DNA of 64,000 bases from the NCBI GenBank assembly GCA_017938425.1, contig JAGBBQ010000033.1:9649-73648 (forward strand), written 5' to 3'. Below are positions 43,204 to 53,340 of the stretch, one piece after another. The stretch's first letter is position 1, and every line of letters begins with the position of its first letter. A program made the position numbers and the translations under genes. Source of the stretch: Clostridia bacterium. GTDB lineage: Bacteria > Bacillota > Clostridia > Oscillospirales > CAG-272. The notes under the pieces are model-generated. The model saw only the letters and a program-made list of their open reading frames with translations. It ran no database searches and was not told where the DNA came from.

Positions 43204-44037
43204 ATGAAACCGATCTATTATTACGATGGAAAGCTTTTTTCAGAGGAGGAAGCGGCGATCCCCTTCTCCGACCGCTCTCTCTTTTTCGGCGACGCCGTTT
43301 ACGATGCCTGCCTGATCCGCAGCGGCATTCCCTACCTGCTCGACGCGCATCTCGACCGCTTCTACAACGGAATGCGGGCGCTCTCGATCCCTTCGCCGAT
43401 GGACAGAGAGCACCTGCGCGCGACGCTTTCGGCGCTTTCGCTGCGCGCAGGCGAAGAGACCGCGTTCCTCTATTTTCAAGCCGCGCGGCGCGCTGCGCGG
43501 CGGCGCCACTATTTTGAGGAAAAGGACGGCGCGGGGCTTATGATCTGCGTATACCCTTTTGCGAAGCCGCAAAGGGATTCCGTTTTGCGGCTCATCCTTG
43601 CGAAGGATACACGGTATGAATACTGCCACATCAAAACCGTCAACCTGCTACCCGCCGTGCTCGCATCTGCAAGAGCCAGAGCGCAGGGGGCAGACGAAGC
43701 GGTCTTTGTACGCGACGGACGCGTGACCGAATGCGCACACTCGAATATTTCGATCCTGAAGGATGGCGTGCTCCTCACCCACCCGACCGACCGCCATATT
43801 CTCGCAGGCATTGCAAGAGCGAGGCTTCTTGATACCTGCACGGCACTTGGCATTCCCGTCGCCGAAAGGCCCTTCGGCGTGCGCGAGCTCCTCTCGGCGG
43901 ATGAGATACTCGTTACAAGCACGAGCAAGATCGCGGCGCGTGCCAATGAGGTTGCCGGGCGGCGTGTCGGAATGCGGAACGGAACACTTGCGAAGCGCAT
44001 CCTCGATTCCCTTTTTGACGCTTATTACAATATATAA
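43204..44037 (+). CDS. Class IV (fold type IV) aminotransferase, D-amino-acid transaminase-like
   Basis: DRSLFFGDAVYD, a HLDRF motif region, and an ECAHSNI block. The start is at MKPIYYYDG. Confidence 0.7.
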   Translation: MKPIYYYDGKLFSEEEAAIPFSDRSLFFGDAVYDACLIRSGIPYLLDAHLDRFYNGMRALSIPSPMDREHLRATLSALSLRAGEETAFLYFQAARRAARRRHYFEEKDGAGLMICVYPFAKPQRDSVLRLILAKDTRYEYCHIKTVNLLPAVLASARARAQGADEAVFVRDGRVTECAHSNISILKDGVLLTHPTDRHILAGIARARLLDTCTALGIPVAERPFGVRELLSADEILVTSTSKIAARANEVAGRRVGMRNGTLAKRILDSLFDAYYNI

Positions 44038-44080
44038 TTGTTATAAAAAAAACGTCGTACTTTTGTGCAAGGTGACGAGT

Positions 44081-44098
44081 TTGTGAAAATTTTCACGC
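44081..44098 (+). promoter_or_regulatory. Candidate Rex (redox repressor) operator TTGTGAAAATTTTCACGC
   Basis: It matches TTGTGAA-N4-TTCACAA in 16 of 18 positions. It lies 17 nt upstream of the -35 box of the hydrogenase operon. Confidence 0.5.
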
Positions 44099-44114
44099 GA
44101 TTTAAGAAAAGGCA

Positions 44115-44143
44115 TTGCTTTTTTATTTTTTCTGTGCTATAAT
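44115..44143 (+). promoter_or_regulatory. Hydrogenase operon promoter TTGCTT-17-TATAAT
   Basis: TTGCTT is at 44115-44120 and TATAAT at 44138-44143. Confidence 0.55.
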
Positions 44144-44228
44144 AAGATCGTTTGTACTGATATAGTCTATACGCGCTCTGCGTGCCGCGTACAGACGCGT
44201 CAATCAAAAATCTTCAGGAGGATTTATC

Positions 44229-44723
44229 ATGCTTAAAAAGATGTCCAATCTCCCCTTCAACGGCACGAAGGAGCAGGAAGAAAAGCTGCTCGCTGTGATC
44301 GCTGAAAACAAGCACGACAAGAGCCGTTTGATGGCAGTTATGCAGGAGGCACAAGGTATTTACGGTTATCTGCCCCTTGAGGTGCAGAAGATGATCGCTG
44401 ACGGTATGGAGGTCTCGCTCGAAAAGGTTTACGGCGTTGCTACCTTCTACGCGCAGTTCTCTCTCGCTCCCCAGGGTCAGTATCACATTTCGGTTTGTCT
44501 CGGTACGGCCTGCTACGTTAAGGGCGCCGGTCTGCTCTACGATAAGCTGCAGCAGCTTCTCGGCATCGGCGGTGACGAGTGCACCCCCGACCGCAAGTTC
44601 TCGCTTACTGCCTGCCGTTGCATCGGCGCATGCGGTCTTGCCCCCGTTCTCACCGTGAACGAAGAGGTTTACGGACGCCTGTCCGAAAACGATGTCGAAG
44701 GCATTCTTGCCAAGTGTGAATAA
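44229..44723 (+). CDS. hydC: NuoE-like [2Fe-2S] subunit of a multimeric [FeFe] hydrogenase (HydC)
   Basis: CLGTACYVKG...CRCIGACGLAPV. Confidence 0.85.
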   Translation: MLKKMSNLPFNGTKEQEEKLLAVIAENKHDKSRLMAVMQEAQGIYGYLPLEVQKMIADGMEVSLEKVYGVATFYAQFSLAPQGQYHISVCLGTACYVKGAGLLYDKLQQLLGIGGDECTPDRKFSLTACRCIGACGLAPVLTVNEEVYGRLSENDVEGILAKCE

Positions 44724-44736
44724 GGAGGATTAAGAG

Positions 44737-46647
44737 ATGAAATCTGTTTTGGAACTCCAGAACGCCAAGGCGGCGGCTCTGAAAAAGGTTGTTCTTCGCA
44801 AGGGCAAGGCGGTTCTTGATAAGAACGTTACCAGCGACTACAAGTATACCGTTCTCGTTTGCGGCGGTACCGGCTGCACCTCCTCTCATTCTCCCGAGAT
44901 CGTCGAGAAGCTGAAGAGCGAGATCAAGGCACAGGGCGCAGAGAAGGACGTTCAGGTCATTATGACCGGCTGCTTCGGCCTTTGCGCACTCGGTCCCATT
45001 ATGATCGTTTATCCCGAGGGCTGCTTCTACTCGATGGTTGACATCAACAATATTCCCCGCATCGTTTCCGAGCATCTCGTAGGCGGTAAGCCCGTGGCTT
45101 CCCTTCTTTACGATGAGACGGTTGGCGCAGACGGCGAGATCAAGCCCCTGAACGAGACCGACTTCTACAAGAAGCAGATCCGCGTTGCGCTCAGAAACTG
45201 CGGCGTGATCGATCCTGAGGATATCGAGGAATACTACGCAATGGACGGCTATGCCGCTCTTGCTAAGGTGCTTACCGAGTACACCCCCGAGGACGTTATC
45301 AAGGTGATCACCGATTCCGGACTTCGCGGCAGAGGCGGCGGCGGCTTCCCCACCGGACGCAAGTGGGCTCTTACCGCCCCCAACAAGGCTGACCAGAAGT
45401 ACGTTGTTTGTAACGCCGACGAGGGCGACCCCGGTGCATTTATGGACCGTTCCGTTCTCGAGGGCGACCCCCACTGCCTGATCGAGGCTATGGCCATCGC
45501 AGGCTATGCCATCGGCGCAACCAAGGGCTACGTTTACGTAAGAGCCGAGTACCCCATCGCCGTCAACCGTCTGCAGAAGGCGATCGACGATGCGAGAGCT
45601 GCCGGCATTCTCGGCAAGAATATCTTCGGATCCGACTTTGCGTTCGATCTTGAGATCCGTCTTGGCGCAGGCGCATTCGTTTGCGGCGAGGAGACCGCTC
45701 TTATGACCTCCATCGAGGGTAACCGCGGCGAGCCCCGTCCGAGACCTCCGTATCCCGCTGTTAAGGGTCTTTACGGCCGCCCCACCGTTGAAAACAACGT
45801 GGAGACCTTCGCAAACGTTCCTCAGATCATTCTCAACGGTGCGGCATGGTTTGCAGGTATGAGTACCGAGAAGTCCAAGGGCACCAAGGTATTTGCTCTC
45901 GGCGGTAAGATCAAGCACACCGGCCTTGTTGAGATCCCCATGGGCACCACCCTGCGTGAGATCATCGACGAGATCGGCGGCGGTATCCCCAACGGCAAGC
46001 ACTTCAAGGCTGCGCAGACCGGCGGTCCCTCCGGCGGATGCATTCCCGCAAGCCTGATCGACACTGCGGTTGACTACGATAACCTGATCTCCCTGGGCTG
46101 CATGATGGGCTCCGGCGGACTTATCGTCATGGACGAGGATACCTGTATGGTAGATATGGCGAAGTTCTTCCTTGAGTTCACCGTGGACGAGTCCTGCGGT
46201 AAGTGCACGCCCTGCCGCGTTGGTACGCGCCGTCTGCTTGAGATCCTTGAAAAGATCACCGCAGGCAAGGGCACGCTCGAGGATCTCGACACGCTCGAGG
46301 CTCTTTGCGTATACATTAAGGAAAACTCTCTTTGCGGCCTTGGTCAGACTGCTCCCAACCCCGTTCTCTCCACGCTGAAGTTCTTCCGCGATGAGTACGT
46401 TGCACACGTTGTGGACAAGGTTTGCCCCGCAGGCGTCTGCAAGAGCATGACCAACTTCGTTATCGACAAGGATAAGTGTATCGGCTGCGGCAAGTGCGCA
46501 AAGAACTGCCCTGCAGATGCTATCTTTAAGACCGACTACGTTGCTCCGGGCCACAAGCTTCCCTCTTACGAGATCGACAAGAACAAGTGCATCAAGTGCG
46601 GCGCTTGTGTTGCGGGCTGTAAGTTCGGCGCAATTTCCAAGAAGTAA
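44737..46647 (+). CDS. hydB: NuoF-like FMN/NAD(H)-binding Fe-S subunit (HydB)
   Basis: GRGGGGFPTGRKW, ESCGKCTPCR and a C-terminal 2x[4Fe-4S] ferredoxin domain. Confidence 0.9.
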   Translation: MKSVLELQNAKAAALKKVVLRKGKAVLDKNVTSDYKYTVLVCGGTGCTSSHSPEIVEKLKSEIKAQGAEKDVQVIMTGCFGLCALGPIMIVYPEGCFYSMVDINNIPRIVSEHLVGGKPVASLLYDETVGADGEIKPLNETDFYKKQIRVALRNCGVIDPEDIEEYYAMDGYAALAKVLTEYTPEDVIKVITDSGLRGRGGGGFPTGRKWALTAPNKADQKYVVCNADEGDPGAFMDRSVLEGDPHCLIEAMAIAGYAIGATKGYVYVRAEYPIAVNRLQKAIDDARAAGILGKNIFGSDFAFDLEIRLGAGAFVCGEETALMTSIEGNRGEPRPRPPYPAVKGLYGRPTVENNVETFANVPQIILNGAAWFAGMSTEKSKGTKVFALGGKIKHTGLVEIPMGTTLREIIDEIGGGIPNGKHFKAAQTGGPSGGCIPASLIDTAVDYDNLISLGCMMGSGGLIVMDEDTCMVDMAKFFLEFTVDESCGKCTPCRVGTRRLLEILEKITAGKGTLEDLDTLEALCVYIKENSLCGLGQTAPNPVLSTLKFFRDEYVAHVVDKVCPAGVCKSMTNFVIDKDKCIGCGKCAKNCPADAIFKTDYVAPGHKLPSYEIDKNKCIKCGACVAGCKFGAISKK

Positions 46648-46662
46648 GGGAGGACTTGAATA

Positions 46663-48414
46663 ATGGATATGATCAACGTAAAAGTAAACGGCATTGCTGT
46701 AAGTGTTCCCAAGGGCGCGACCATTCTTGAGGCTGCAAGAGCCGCAGGCGTGGAGATCCCCACCCTTTGCTATATGAAAGAAAAGAACGAGATCGGCGCT
46801 TGCCGTATCTGCGTGGTTGAGGCGACCGGCGCAAGAGGCCTCGTTACCGCTTGCGTTTACCCCTGCACCGACGGCATGGAGATCAAGACCAACACCCCCA
46901 AGGTACGTGCCGCAAGAAAGACTACGCTCGAGCTTATTCTTTCCACCCATAACAAAAACTGCCTCTCCTGCTCCCGCTCCACCAACTGCGAGCTGCAGAA
47001 GCTGTGCTATGAATACGGCGTTGACTCCACGGCATTCGGCGGCTTCAAGCCCATCTATAAGCTGGATACCTCCACGCCTCACCTCGTAAGAGATAACAAC
47101 AAGTGCATTCTTTGCCGTCGCTGCGTTGCAGCCTGCGAGGAGCAGTTCGTTTCCGTTATCGGCGCGAACAACCGCGGCATTGACACCTGCATCGGACAGG
47201 CCTACAACCTCGCTCTCGGCGATACGCCCTGTATCAGCTGCGGTCAGTGCACCGCCGTCTGCCCCACCGGCGCTCTCGTTGAGAAGGACGATACCGATAA
47301 GGTATGGGCCGCTCTCGCGGACACCTCCAAGCACGTGATCGTGCAGACCGCTCCCTCCATCCGCGCAACGCTCGGCGAGTGCTTCGATATGCCGATCGGC
47401 ACGAACGTTGAGGGCAAGATGGTTGCCGCTCTTCGCCGCCTTGGCTTCGAGAAGGTATTCGACACCAATACCGCTGCGGACTTCACCATCGTGGAAGAGG
47501 CTACCGAGCTTCTTGACAGAGTGAAGAACGGCGGCGCACTTCCCCTTATCACCTCCTGCTCTCCCGGTTGGGTCAAGTTCTGCGAGTACTACTACCCCGA
47601 GATGCTTCCTCACCTCTCCTCCTGCAAGTCCCCCCAGCAGATGGGCGGCGCGCTGATCAAGACCTACTATGCAGAGAAGATGGGCTGGGATGCCAAGGAC
47701 GTATTCGTGGTTTCCATTATGCCCTGCACCGCGAAGAAGTTCGAGGTCGGCCGTGACGATATGTCTGCCGCAGGCGACGGTATCGCTGACGTAGACGTAG
47801 CGCTTACGACCAGAGAGCTTGCAAGAATGATCCAGAGAGCCGGCATCAAGTTCACCGCTCTTCCCGACGAGGATTTCGATCCCGCTCTCGGTGTTGACAC
47901 CGGTGCGGCTGTGATCTTCGGTGCGACCGGCGGCGTTATGGAGGCAGCTCTCCGTACCGCAAACGACGTTCTCACCGGTAAGGATAACAAGGAGATCGAC
48001 TTCAAGGAGGTTCGCGGCACCGCCGGTATCAAGGAGGCAGAGTACAACATCGCGGGCATCAACGTTCGCGTTGCCGTTGCTTCCGGTACTGCAAACGCCA
48101 AGATCCTTATGGACAAGATCAAGTCCGGCGAGGCAAACTACACCTTCGTTGAGATCATGGGATGCCCCGGCGGCTGTGTAAACGGCGGCGGTCAGCCCAT
48201 CCAGCCTCAGTATGTAAGAGATACCGTGGATCTCAAGGCTGAGCGCGCAAAGGCTCTTTACGCACAGGATGAGGCTATGGCGGTTCGCAAGTCTCACCAG
48301 AACCCCATCGTAAAAGAGGTTTACGAGAACTACTTCAAGGGCGAGTACGGCTGCCACGCCGCTCACCACGCGCTGCACACCTCCTACGTTGCACGCGAGA
48401 AGTACGCGAAGTAA
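46663..48414 (+). CDS. hydA: [FeFe] hydrogenase catalytic subunit (HydA), H-cluster domain with N-terminal Fe-S domains
   Basis: TSCSPGW, MPCTAKKFE and EIMGCPGGCVNGGGQP. Confidence 0.9.
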   Translation: MDMINVKVNGIAVSVPKGATILEAARAAGVEIPTLCYMKEKNEIGACRICVVEATGARGLVTACVYPCTDGMEIKTNTPKVRAARKTTLELILSTHNKNCLSCSRSTNCELQKLCYEYGVDSTAFGGFKPIYKLDTSTPHLVRDNNKCILCRRCVAACEEQFVSVIGANNRGIDTCIGQAYNLALGDTPCISCGQCTAVCPTGALVEKDDTDKVWAALADTSKHVIVQTAPSIRATLGECFDMPIGTNVEGKMVAALRRLGFEKVFDTNTAADFTIVEEATELLDRVKNGGALPLITSCSPGWVKFCEYYYPEMLPHLSSCKSPQQMGGALIKTYYAEKMGWDAKDVFVVSIMPCTAKKFEVGRDDMSAAGDGIADVDVALTTRELARMIQRAGIKFTALPDEDFDPALGVDTGAAVIFGATGGVMEAALRTANDVLTGKDNKEIDFKEVRGTAGIKEAEYNIAGINVRVAVASGTANAKILMDKIKSGEANYTFVEIMGCPGGCVNGGGQPIQPQYVRDTVDLKAERAKALYAQDEAMAVRKSHQNPIVKEVYENYFKGEYGCHAAHHALHTSYVAREKYAK

Positions 48415-48435
48415 TTTCCTTCAATATAATAAAAA

Positions 48436-48473
48436 GAACCGCTTGCGGAGTATTCCGCAAGCGGTTCTTTTTA
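48436..48473. terminator. Strong hairpin terminator after hydA (bidirectional context)
   Basis: GAACCGCTTGCGGA-gtat-TCCGCAAGCGGTTC followed by TTTTTATT. An A-run precedes it. Confidence 0.85.
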
Positions 48474-48505
48474 TTGTTTTCGTTCGCTTTTAAAAAAGTT
48501 CGTTT

Positions 48506-49543
48506 TTATTTTACGATCGGGCGAAGGATATCGGCAACTGCCTTCGCCATAAAGTAAAAGCCGAGGTCGGAGGGATGCACACCGTCAACATAATAATCAG
48601 GTCCAAGTTCGTAAAGAGGCGCGGCTCCGTCAAGAAAATACACGTTCTTATCCCCTGCGGCGACCGCCTGCTCGTAGGTCTGCTTTATGATCTCAAAGCG
48701 TCTTTGCCAGGACGTATCTCGCATCACCTTGGGTGCGGAGAGCATCAAAATCGGCAGATCGGGATTCTTCTCCCGCACGGTACGGAAAAACGGTGCGTGC
48801 GTTGCGAGAAGATAGTCGGGATCGTAGGCATTATGGTCATAATCGAGAACGAAGGCAGACATTTCCATCGATGCGATATGCTCCGCCATCGGCTGCTCGC
48901 CTCTGGCAGAGCCGCCAAAGCCGAGATTGTGATGGTTGGCATCGAGAAGGCGGGATACCTGCGCAGGATACGCCATTCCCGGACGGGAGGCGCAAGCGCC
49001 GTTGGTGATCGACGAGCCGTAGAAAACGATGGGCTTCTCGATCCGATAATCCTCAGATCGCTGAAGGACAGCATCCGCATCCAGCCCGATCTTCAGAGAC
49101 TCAAGATTTGAATAAAGAGGAAAATGCAGCGTGAAGCTGCGCTTTTTCCGATCCGGCAGGCGCACGATCGCCTCATACGCATCCTCGGTCATCGAGGGAA
49201 CAAAGGCACCCGCATAGACCCCATCCGCATACAGATCAAAGCCGAGCGTCCCTATCGCGGTCATATTCGGGATGCGCTCAACACGCGAGAGCGCGGCACG
49301 GATCGCCACGTAAGGGCTATCCGAGACGAAGCGAAGCCTGCCGCCCGTCACGGTCCTATACATATCGTAAACATTATCGCTCGTTGCCCTTCCGACGGCC
49401 TCGGGCAGGCGGAAATATTCGCCGTTTTCATAATAAACACCGTATTTACGAAAAGGCTTCTCCTCGATATCGCGCCATACGATGCCCTTGATATCCAGAC
49501 GGCTCGAAAAGATCATATTTTTATCTACCGGCGTATGTCCCAT
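48506..49543 (-). CDS. SGNH/GDSL-family hydrolase
   Basis: VFYGSSITNG and the C-terminal D..H region (DGVHPSD). Confidence 0.75.
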   Translation of the reverse strand: MGHTPVDKNMIFSSRLDIKGIVWRDIEEKPFRKYGVYYENGEYFRLPEAVGRATSDNVYDMYRTVTGGRLRFVSDSPYVAIRAALSRVERIPNMTAIGTLGFDLYADGVYAGAFVPSMTEDAYEAIVRLPDRKKRSFTLHFPLYSNLESLKIGLDADAVLQRSEDYRIEKPIVFYGSSITNGACASRPGMAYPAQVSRLLDANHHNLGFGGSARGEQPMAEHIASMEMSAFVLDYDHNAYDPDYLLATHAPFFRTVREKNPDLPILMLSAPKVMRDTSWQRRFEIIKQTYEQAVAAGDKNVYFLDGAAPLYELGPDYYVDGVHPSDLGFYFMAKAVADILRPIVK

Positions 49544-49553
49544 AGCACTTCCC

Positions 49554-50495
49554 TCACTTCTCCGTTACTTCAAGCTTAAGAACATCGGGGCGCGCGTAAT
49601 GTCCGACACAGTCCATCTCCATCCTTGAGGTGTACGCCCTTTCCATATCCAGCGTCGCGTACAGAACGCCCTCTCTGTCCCAGAGCGTTTCGGTCACCGC
49701 GTGCCCGAAGGGATCGATCACGCTCGAGCCGCCGCGGCAGGCGATCTCGGGAAGCGCGGCGATCTGTGCCGCGGCGCTCGCGGTCTCGGGATAATCACTG
49801 CGCTTAAAATACATATCGCAGTTCACGAAGAAAACGTGCCCCTCGATCGCGATGTGACGGATCGTATTCTGCCACTCCTCGTTATCGTTGGTGTTCGGAG
49901 AAATATAGATCGTGATCCCCTTCTGATAGAGGGCAACGCGTGCCAGGGGCATATAGCTCTCCCAGCAGATGAGGTTACCCATCGGCCCCCAAGGGGTCTC
50001 CATCACAGGGAAATAATCCTTCTGCCCATCTCCCCAGACCACGCGCTCCGCGCCCGTGGGCTTGAGCTTACGGTGGTTCATACACGTACCCTCGGGAGAG
50101 ATCATCATATTGGAATTATAGAGAGTCCCCGTCACGGCATCGCGCTCGGAATAACCGAGGCTGACGTAAACGCCGTGCGCCTTCGCGGCGGCAGCGACCG
50201 CCTCCATCTCCTTGCCGTTTGCAAGAACGGAGTTATCGTAGTAGGTCTTGAAATCCTTGCGCCCGTCCTCCCCTCTGGCACCGACGGTGAAGCCGTAGGT
50301 CATTCCCAGAGGATAGCCCGGAATGAAGAGCTCGGGAAAAACGATCAATTCTGCCCCATTTTTTGCGCACTCTTCTATGAATTTCAGCACCTTTTCAAGA
50401 CATTTATCCTTATCGAACATCACGGGCGTCGCCTGCACGACGGCGATGCTGCACTGCTTTTTCAGATCCTTCATACAGAGAAAAATCCCTTTCAT
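49554..50495 (-). CDS. Carbon-nitrogen hydrolase (nitrilase superfamily)
   Basis: VFPELFIPGYP, a HRKLKPTG block and the ICWESYMP catalytic Cys. The start may be at 50474. Confidence 0.8.
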   Translation of the reverse strand: MKGIFLCMKDLKKQCSIAVVQATPVMFDKDKCLEKVLKFIEECAKNGAELIVFPELFIPGYPLGMTYGFTVGARGEDGRKDFKTYYDNSVLANGKEMEAVAAAAKAHGVYVSLGYSERDAVTGTLYNSNMMISPEGTCMNHRKLKPTGAERVVWGDGQKDYFPVMETPWGPMGNLICWESYMPLARVALYQKGITIYISPNTNDNEEWQNTIRHIAIEGHVFFVNCDMYFKRSDYPETASAAAQIAALPEIACRGGSSVIDPFGHAVTETLWDREGVLYATLDMERAYTSRMEMDCVGHYARPDVLKLEVTEK

Positions 50496-50542
50496 TATTT
50501 ATAAAACAACGGCCGCACAGGAGGCGACCGTTGCTGCTGATT

Positions 50543-51946
50543 TTAAAGTGTTACACCTGTTTTATAGAATGCGATCTCGCGCAGATCCTCGCTCTTACAG
50601 ATATACTCTCCGTTTGCAACGGCAAGCACAAGATCAAAGAGAGCGTCCGCATCCATACCGAAGGCATTGAAATCGATCCAATTGTCCTTAAAGGCGGCAA
50701 GACGGTCATTGGTGGAGATCTTCATCGTAGGAGTGAAGGTGGAGAACGGCGTTCCGCGCCCCGTGGTGAAAAGCACCATCTGGCAGCCTGCGGCGGCAAG
50801 CGCCGTTGCGGCGATAAGATCGTTGCCCGGTGCGTTCAACACACTGACGCCGACCTTCTTCTGCAGATCGCCGTACATCAGCACATCCACGATCGGGGTA
50901 TGCCCCGCCTTCTCAATGCAGCCGAGAGATTTCTCCTCAAGGGTGGTGATACCGCCCTTCTTATTGCCGGGGCTGGGATTCTCGTATACCGGGAAGCCAA
51001 GATCCGTATAGGACTTCTTGAAATTCTCGATCATATCCTTATAACGGCAGAAGAGCTCCTCTGTCTTGCATTTATTCATAAGGATCTGCTCCGCGCCGAA
51101 CATTTCGGGCACCTCCGTCAGCACCGCGCTGCCGCCAAGGGCAACGAGCCTATCGGTCACCTGACCGACAAGGGGATTCGCGGTGATGCCCGAAAAGCCG
51201 TCCGAGCCGCCGCATTTGAGACCGATGGTAAGCTCGGAGAGCGGAACGCTCTCGCGCTTCATCTCTCTTGCCTTCCCCGCCATTTCTTCAAGGATCGCAA
51301 GACCGTAGGAAAGCTCATCCTCGACCTCCTGGCAGTTGAAATACGCGATATTCTCTCTGCCGTAGGGAGCAAGCTCCTTCTTCATTCCCTCGAGAAGGTT
51401 ATTCTCGCAACCGAGACCGACGATCAGCACGTACGCCGCATTGGGATGCAGGGCGATCGCCGAAAGAAGCTTGCGGATATTCTCGTTATCATCCCCAAGC
51501 TGGCTGCAGCCGAACTGATGCGTAAGGGCGAAAATACCGTCCAGCGAGCCGCCGACGAATTTCTGCGCAAGCTTTTCAAGACGCATACAGACGTTGTTTA
51601 CACAGCCGACCGTGGGAATGATAAAGATCTCGTTGCGGATACCTGCACGCCCGTGCGGACGGCGGTAGCCCATAAAAGTGCCGCTGCCGAGCTTTTCCTC
51701 CAGCGCGGCGTACTTATATTCATAGGAGAAGCTCTCGTCAAGGTGCGAGCGTAGGTTGTGCGTATGCACCCACTCGCCCTTTTTGATCGCCTGCCTTGCT
51801 CTGCCGATCACGCAGCCGTATTTGATCACGAACTCGCCCTCGGCGATATCGCAAAGCGCGTATTTGTGGCCCGCGGGAATGCCATCCCCCTCGCTGAGGC
51901 GAACGGCCACGTTATCCTTTTCATTGATGATCAGTGTATCCTTCAT
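50543..51946 (-). CDS. uxaA: Altronate dehydratase (UxaA family)
   Basis: An N-terminal SAF domain (NVAVRL...GHKYAL) plus the UxaA C-domain. It is adjacent to uxaB. Confidence 0.8.
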   Translation of the reverse strand: MKDTLIINEKDNVAVRLSEGDGIPAGHKYALCDIAEGEFVIKYGCVIGRARQAIKKGEWVHTHNLRSHLDESFSYEYKYAALEEKLGSGTFMGYRRPHGRAGIRNEIFIIPTVGCVNNVCMRLEKLAQKFVGGSLDGIFALTHQFGCSQLGDDNENIRKLLSAIALHPNAAYVLIVGLGCENNLLEGMKKELAPYGRENIAYFNCQEVEDELSYGLAILEEMAGKAREMKRESVPLSELTIGLKCGGSDGFSGITANPLVGQVTDRLVALGGSAVLTEVPEMFGAEQILMNKCKTEELFCRYKDMIENFKKSYTDLGFPVYENPSPGNKKGGITTLEEKSLGCIEKAGHTPIVDVLMYGDLQKKVGVSVLNAPGNDLIAATALAAAGCQMVLFTTGRGTPFSTFTPTMKISTNDRLAAFKDNWIDFNAFGMDADALFDLVLAVANGEYICKSEDLREIAFYKTGVTL

Positions 51947-53319
51947 TAAAGCAGACTCTTTCCCGCCGCAAGGAGCGCAAGATTTTCATTTACGGCGTCA
52001 AGGAAGCCGGGGAGCTTCGTCAGATCCTTGCCGAAGATATCGGCATTCGCCATAAAGTCCTTCACCGCGCCGCCCTCAGCGAAGAATGCGAGGTAGGGCG
52101 CATCATCCTTCACCTCAACAGAGACCTTGCCAAGATCGGCAATATACTTATCGCCGTCCTTCTTTACGCTCTTATACAGATACATAAGGTAGGAGAAGCC
52201 CTTGGTCATATGCGGCGCGATACTTCCGTGCTTTGCAAGATAATCCTCAAAGGAAGGAAGGCAGCGCGCTCTCCATTTGGAGATGGAGTTGAGCGAGATG
52301 GAAACGAGAAGATGGTTAAGATACGGATTTTCAAAGCGGGAAAGCACACTGTCCGCAAAGGCGCGCACGCCCTTGGTATCCTCGGAAACAAAGGGGATGA
52401 TCTCGTTATCCAGCGTCGCCTCCACGAAGGCGCGAAGCTTTTTATCCTTCATACAGTCATAGACCGTGACCGCACCCTCCACGATGCCCGCGGCAACGAG
52501 GTTGGTATGGCTGCCGTTCAGCACGCGCACCTTCTGCTTTTTGTAATGGGTGATATTTTTCGTGAGCACCACGTCGATGCCGTGGAAGCCCTCCTTGATA
52601 TAGTCGCGGATATTTCCCTTATCCTCGATTGCCCAGAGACCGAAGGGCTCGCCGACCGAAACGAGAAGATCCTCGTCCTTCGTCAGCGCATTGAGATGCG
52701 CTCTGTCCTCGGGCGTTTTGGGATGACCGGAAACGATACGGTCCACCAGCGTATTGCAATAGATATTTTCCTTTGCGTTGAAGGCCTTGAACGCCTCGGG
52801 AAGCCCCCAAAGGTCGATGTAGCGGTTCACACAGTCAAAAAGCGCGTCCGCATTGTTATCGATCAGCTCCACGGGAAGAAGATAAACGCCGCCAAGACCC
52901 GCCTCGAATCTCTTGTAAAGCAGCTTCGTCAGCTTCGCGGGATAGGTGATCTCGGCAAAGCCCTCGATCTTATCCTCGGCGTGGAAGCAGATGCCCGCCT
53001 CGGTGGTGTTGGAAACGATGATCTTCACCTCGGGATCGGTGGCGATCCTATCGTACGCCGCCATATCCGAGAAGGGATCGATCGCCTCGGAGACGACCTT
53101 GATCTCTCTGACCTTCTCAACGGCCTCTGCCCCATCCATACCGCGGAGCACGATGTGATAGCGGTTGTTCTGCTTTTTAAAGTTCTCGAGCGAGCCGAAG
53201 GCAATGGGCTTCACGATATGTACCGAAAATTCGCCGCCCTCCTCGTTCAGTGTATCAAAATAGTGATCCACAAAGGTGCGAAGGAAGTTACCCTCACCGA
53301 ACTGCAATACTTTAGTCAC
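51946..53319 (-). CDS. uxaB: Tagaturonate reductase / altronate oxidoreductase (mannitol dehydrogenase family)
   Basis: VLQFGEGNFLRTFVD, VVLTKNITHYKKQKVRVLNGSHT. Confidence 0.8.
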   Translation of the reverse strand: MTKVLQFGEGNFLRTFVDHYFDTLNEEGGEFSVHIVKPIAFGSLENFKKQNNRYHIVLRGMDGAEAVEKVREIKVVSEAIDPFSDMAAYDRIATDPEVKIIVSNTTEAGICFHAEDKIEGFAEITYPAKLTKLLYKRFEAGLGGVYLLPVELIDNNADALFDCVNRYIDLWGLPEAFKAFNAKENIYCNTLVDRIVSGHPKTPEDRAHLNALTKDEDLLVSVGEPFGLWAIEDKGNIRDYIKEGFHGIDVVLTKNITHYKKQKVRVLNGSHTNLVAAGIVEGAVTVYDCMKDKKLRAFVEATLDNEIIPFVSEDTKGVRAFADSVLSRFENPYLNHLLVSISLNSISKWRARCLPSFEDYLAKHGSIAPHMTKGFSYLMYLYKSVKKDGDKYIADLGKVSVEVKDDAPYLAFFAEGGAVKDFMANADIFGKDLTKLPGFLDAVNENLALLAAGKSLL

Positions 53320-53340
53320 TTTCTTAGTCCTCCAAGCCGG

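Noticed and set aside
44650-48378. 1242-aa ORF on the minus strand spanning the whole hydrogenase operon
   Set aside because: It is exactly antisense to three well-supported genes (hydC/B/A). It has a low-complexity Gly/Ala/Leu/Val/Asp composition, no RBS and no recognisable domain. This is the typical stop-codon-poor mirror frame of GC3-rich coding DNA.
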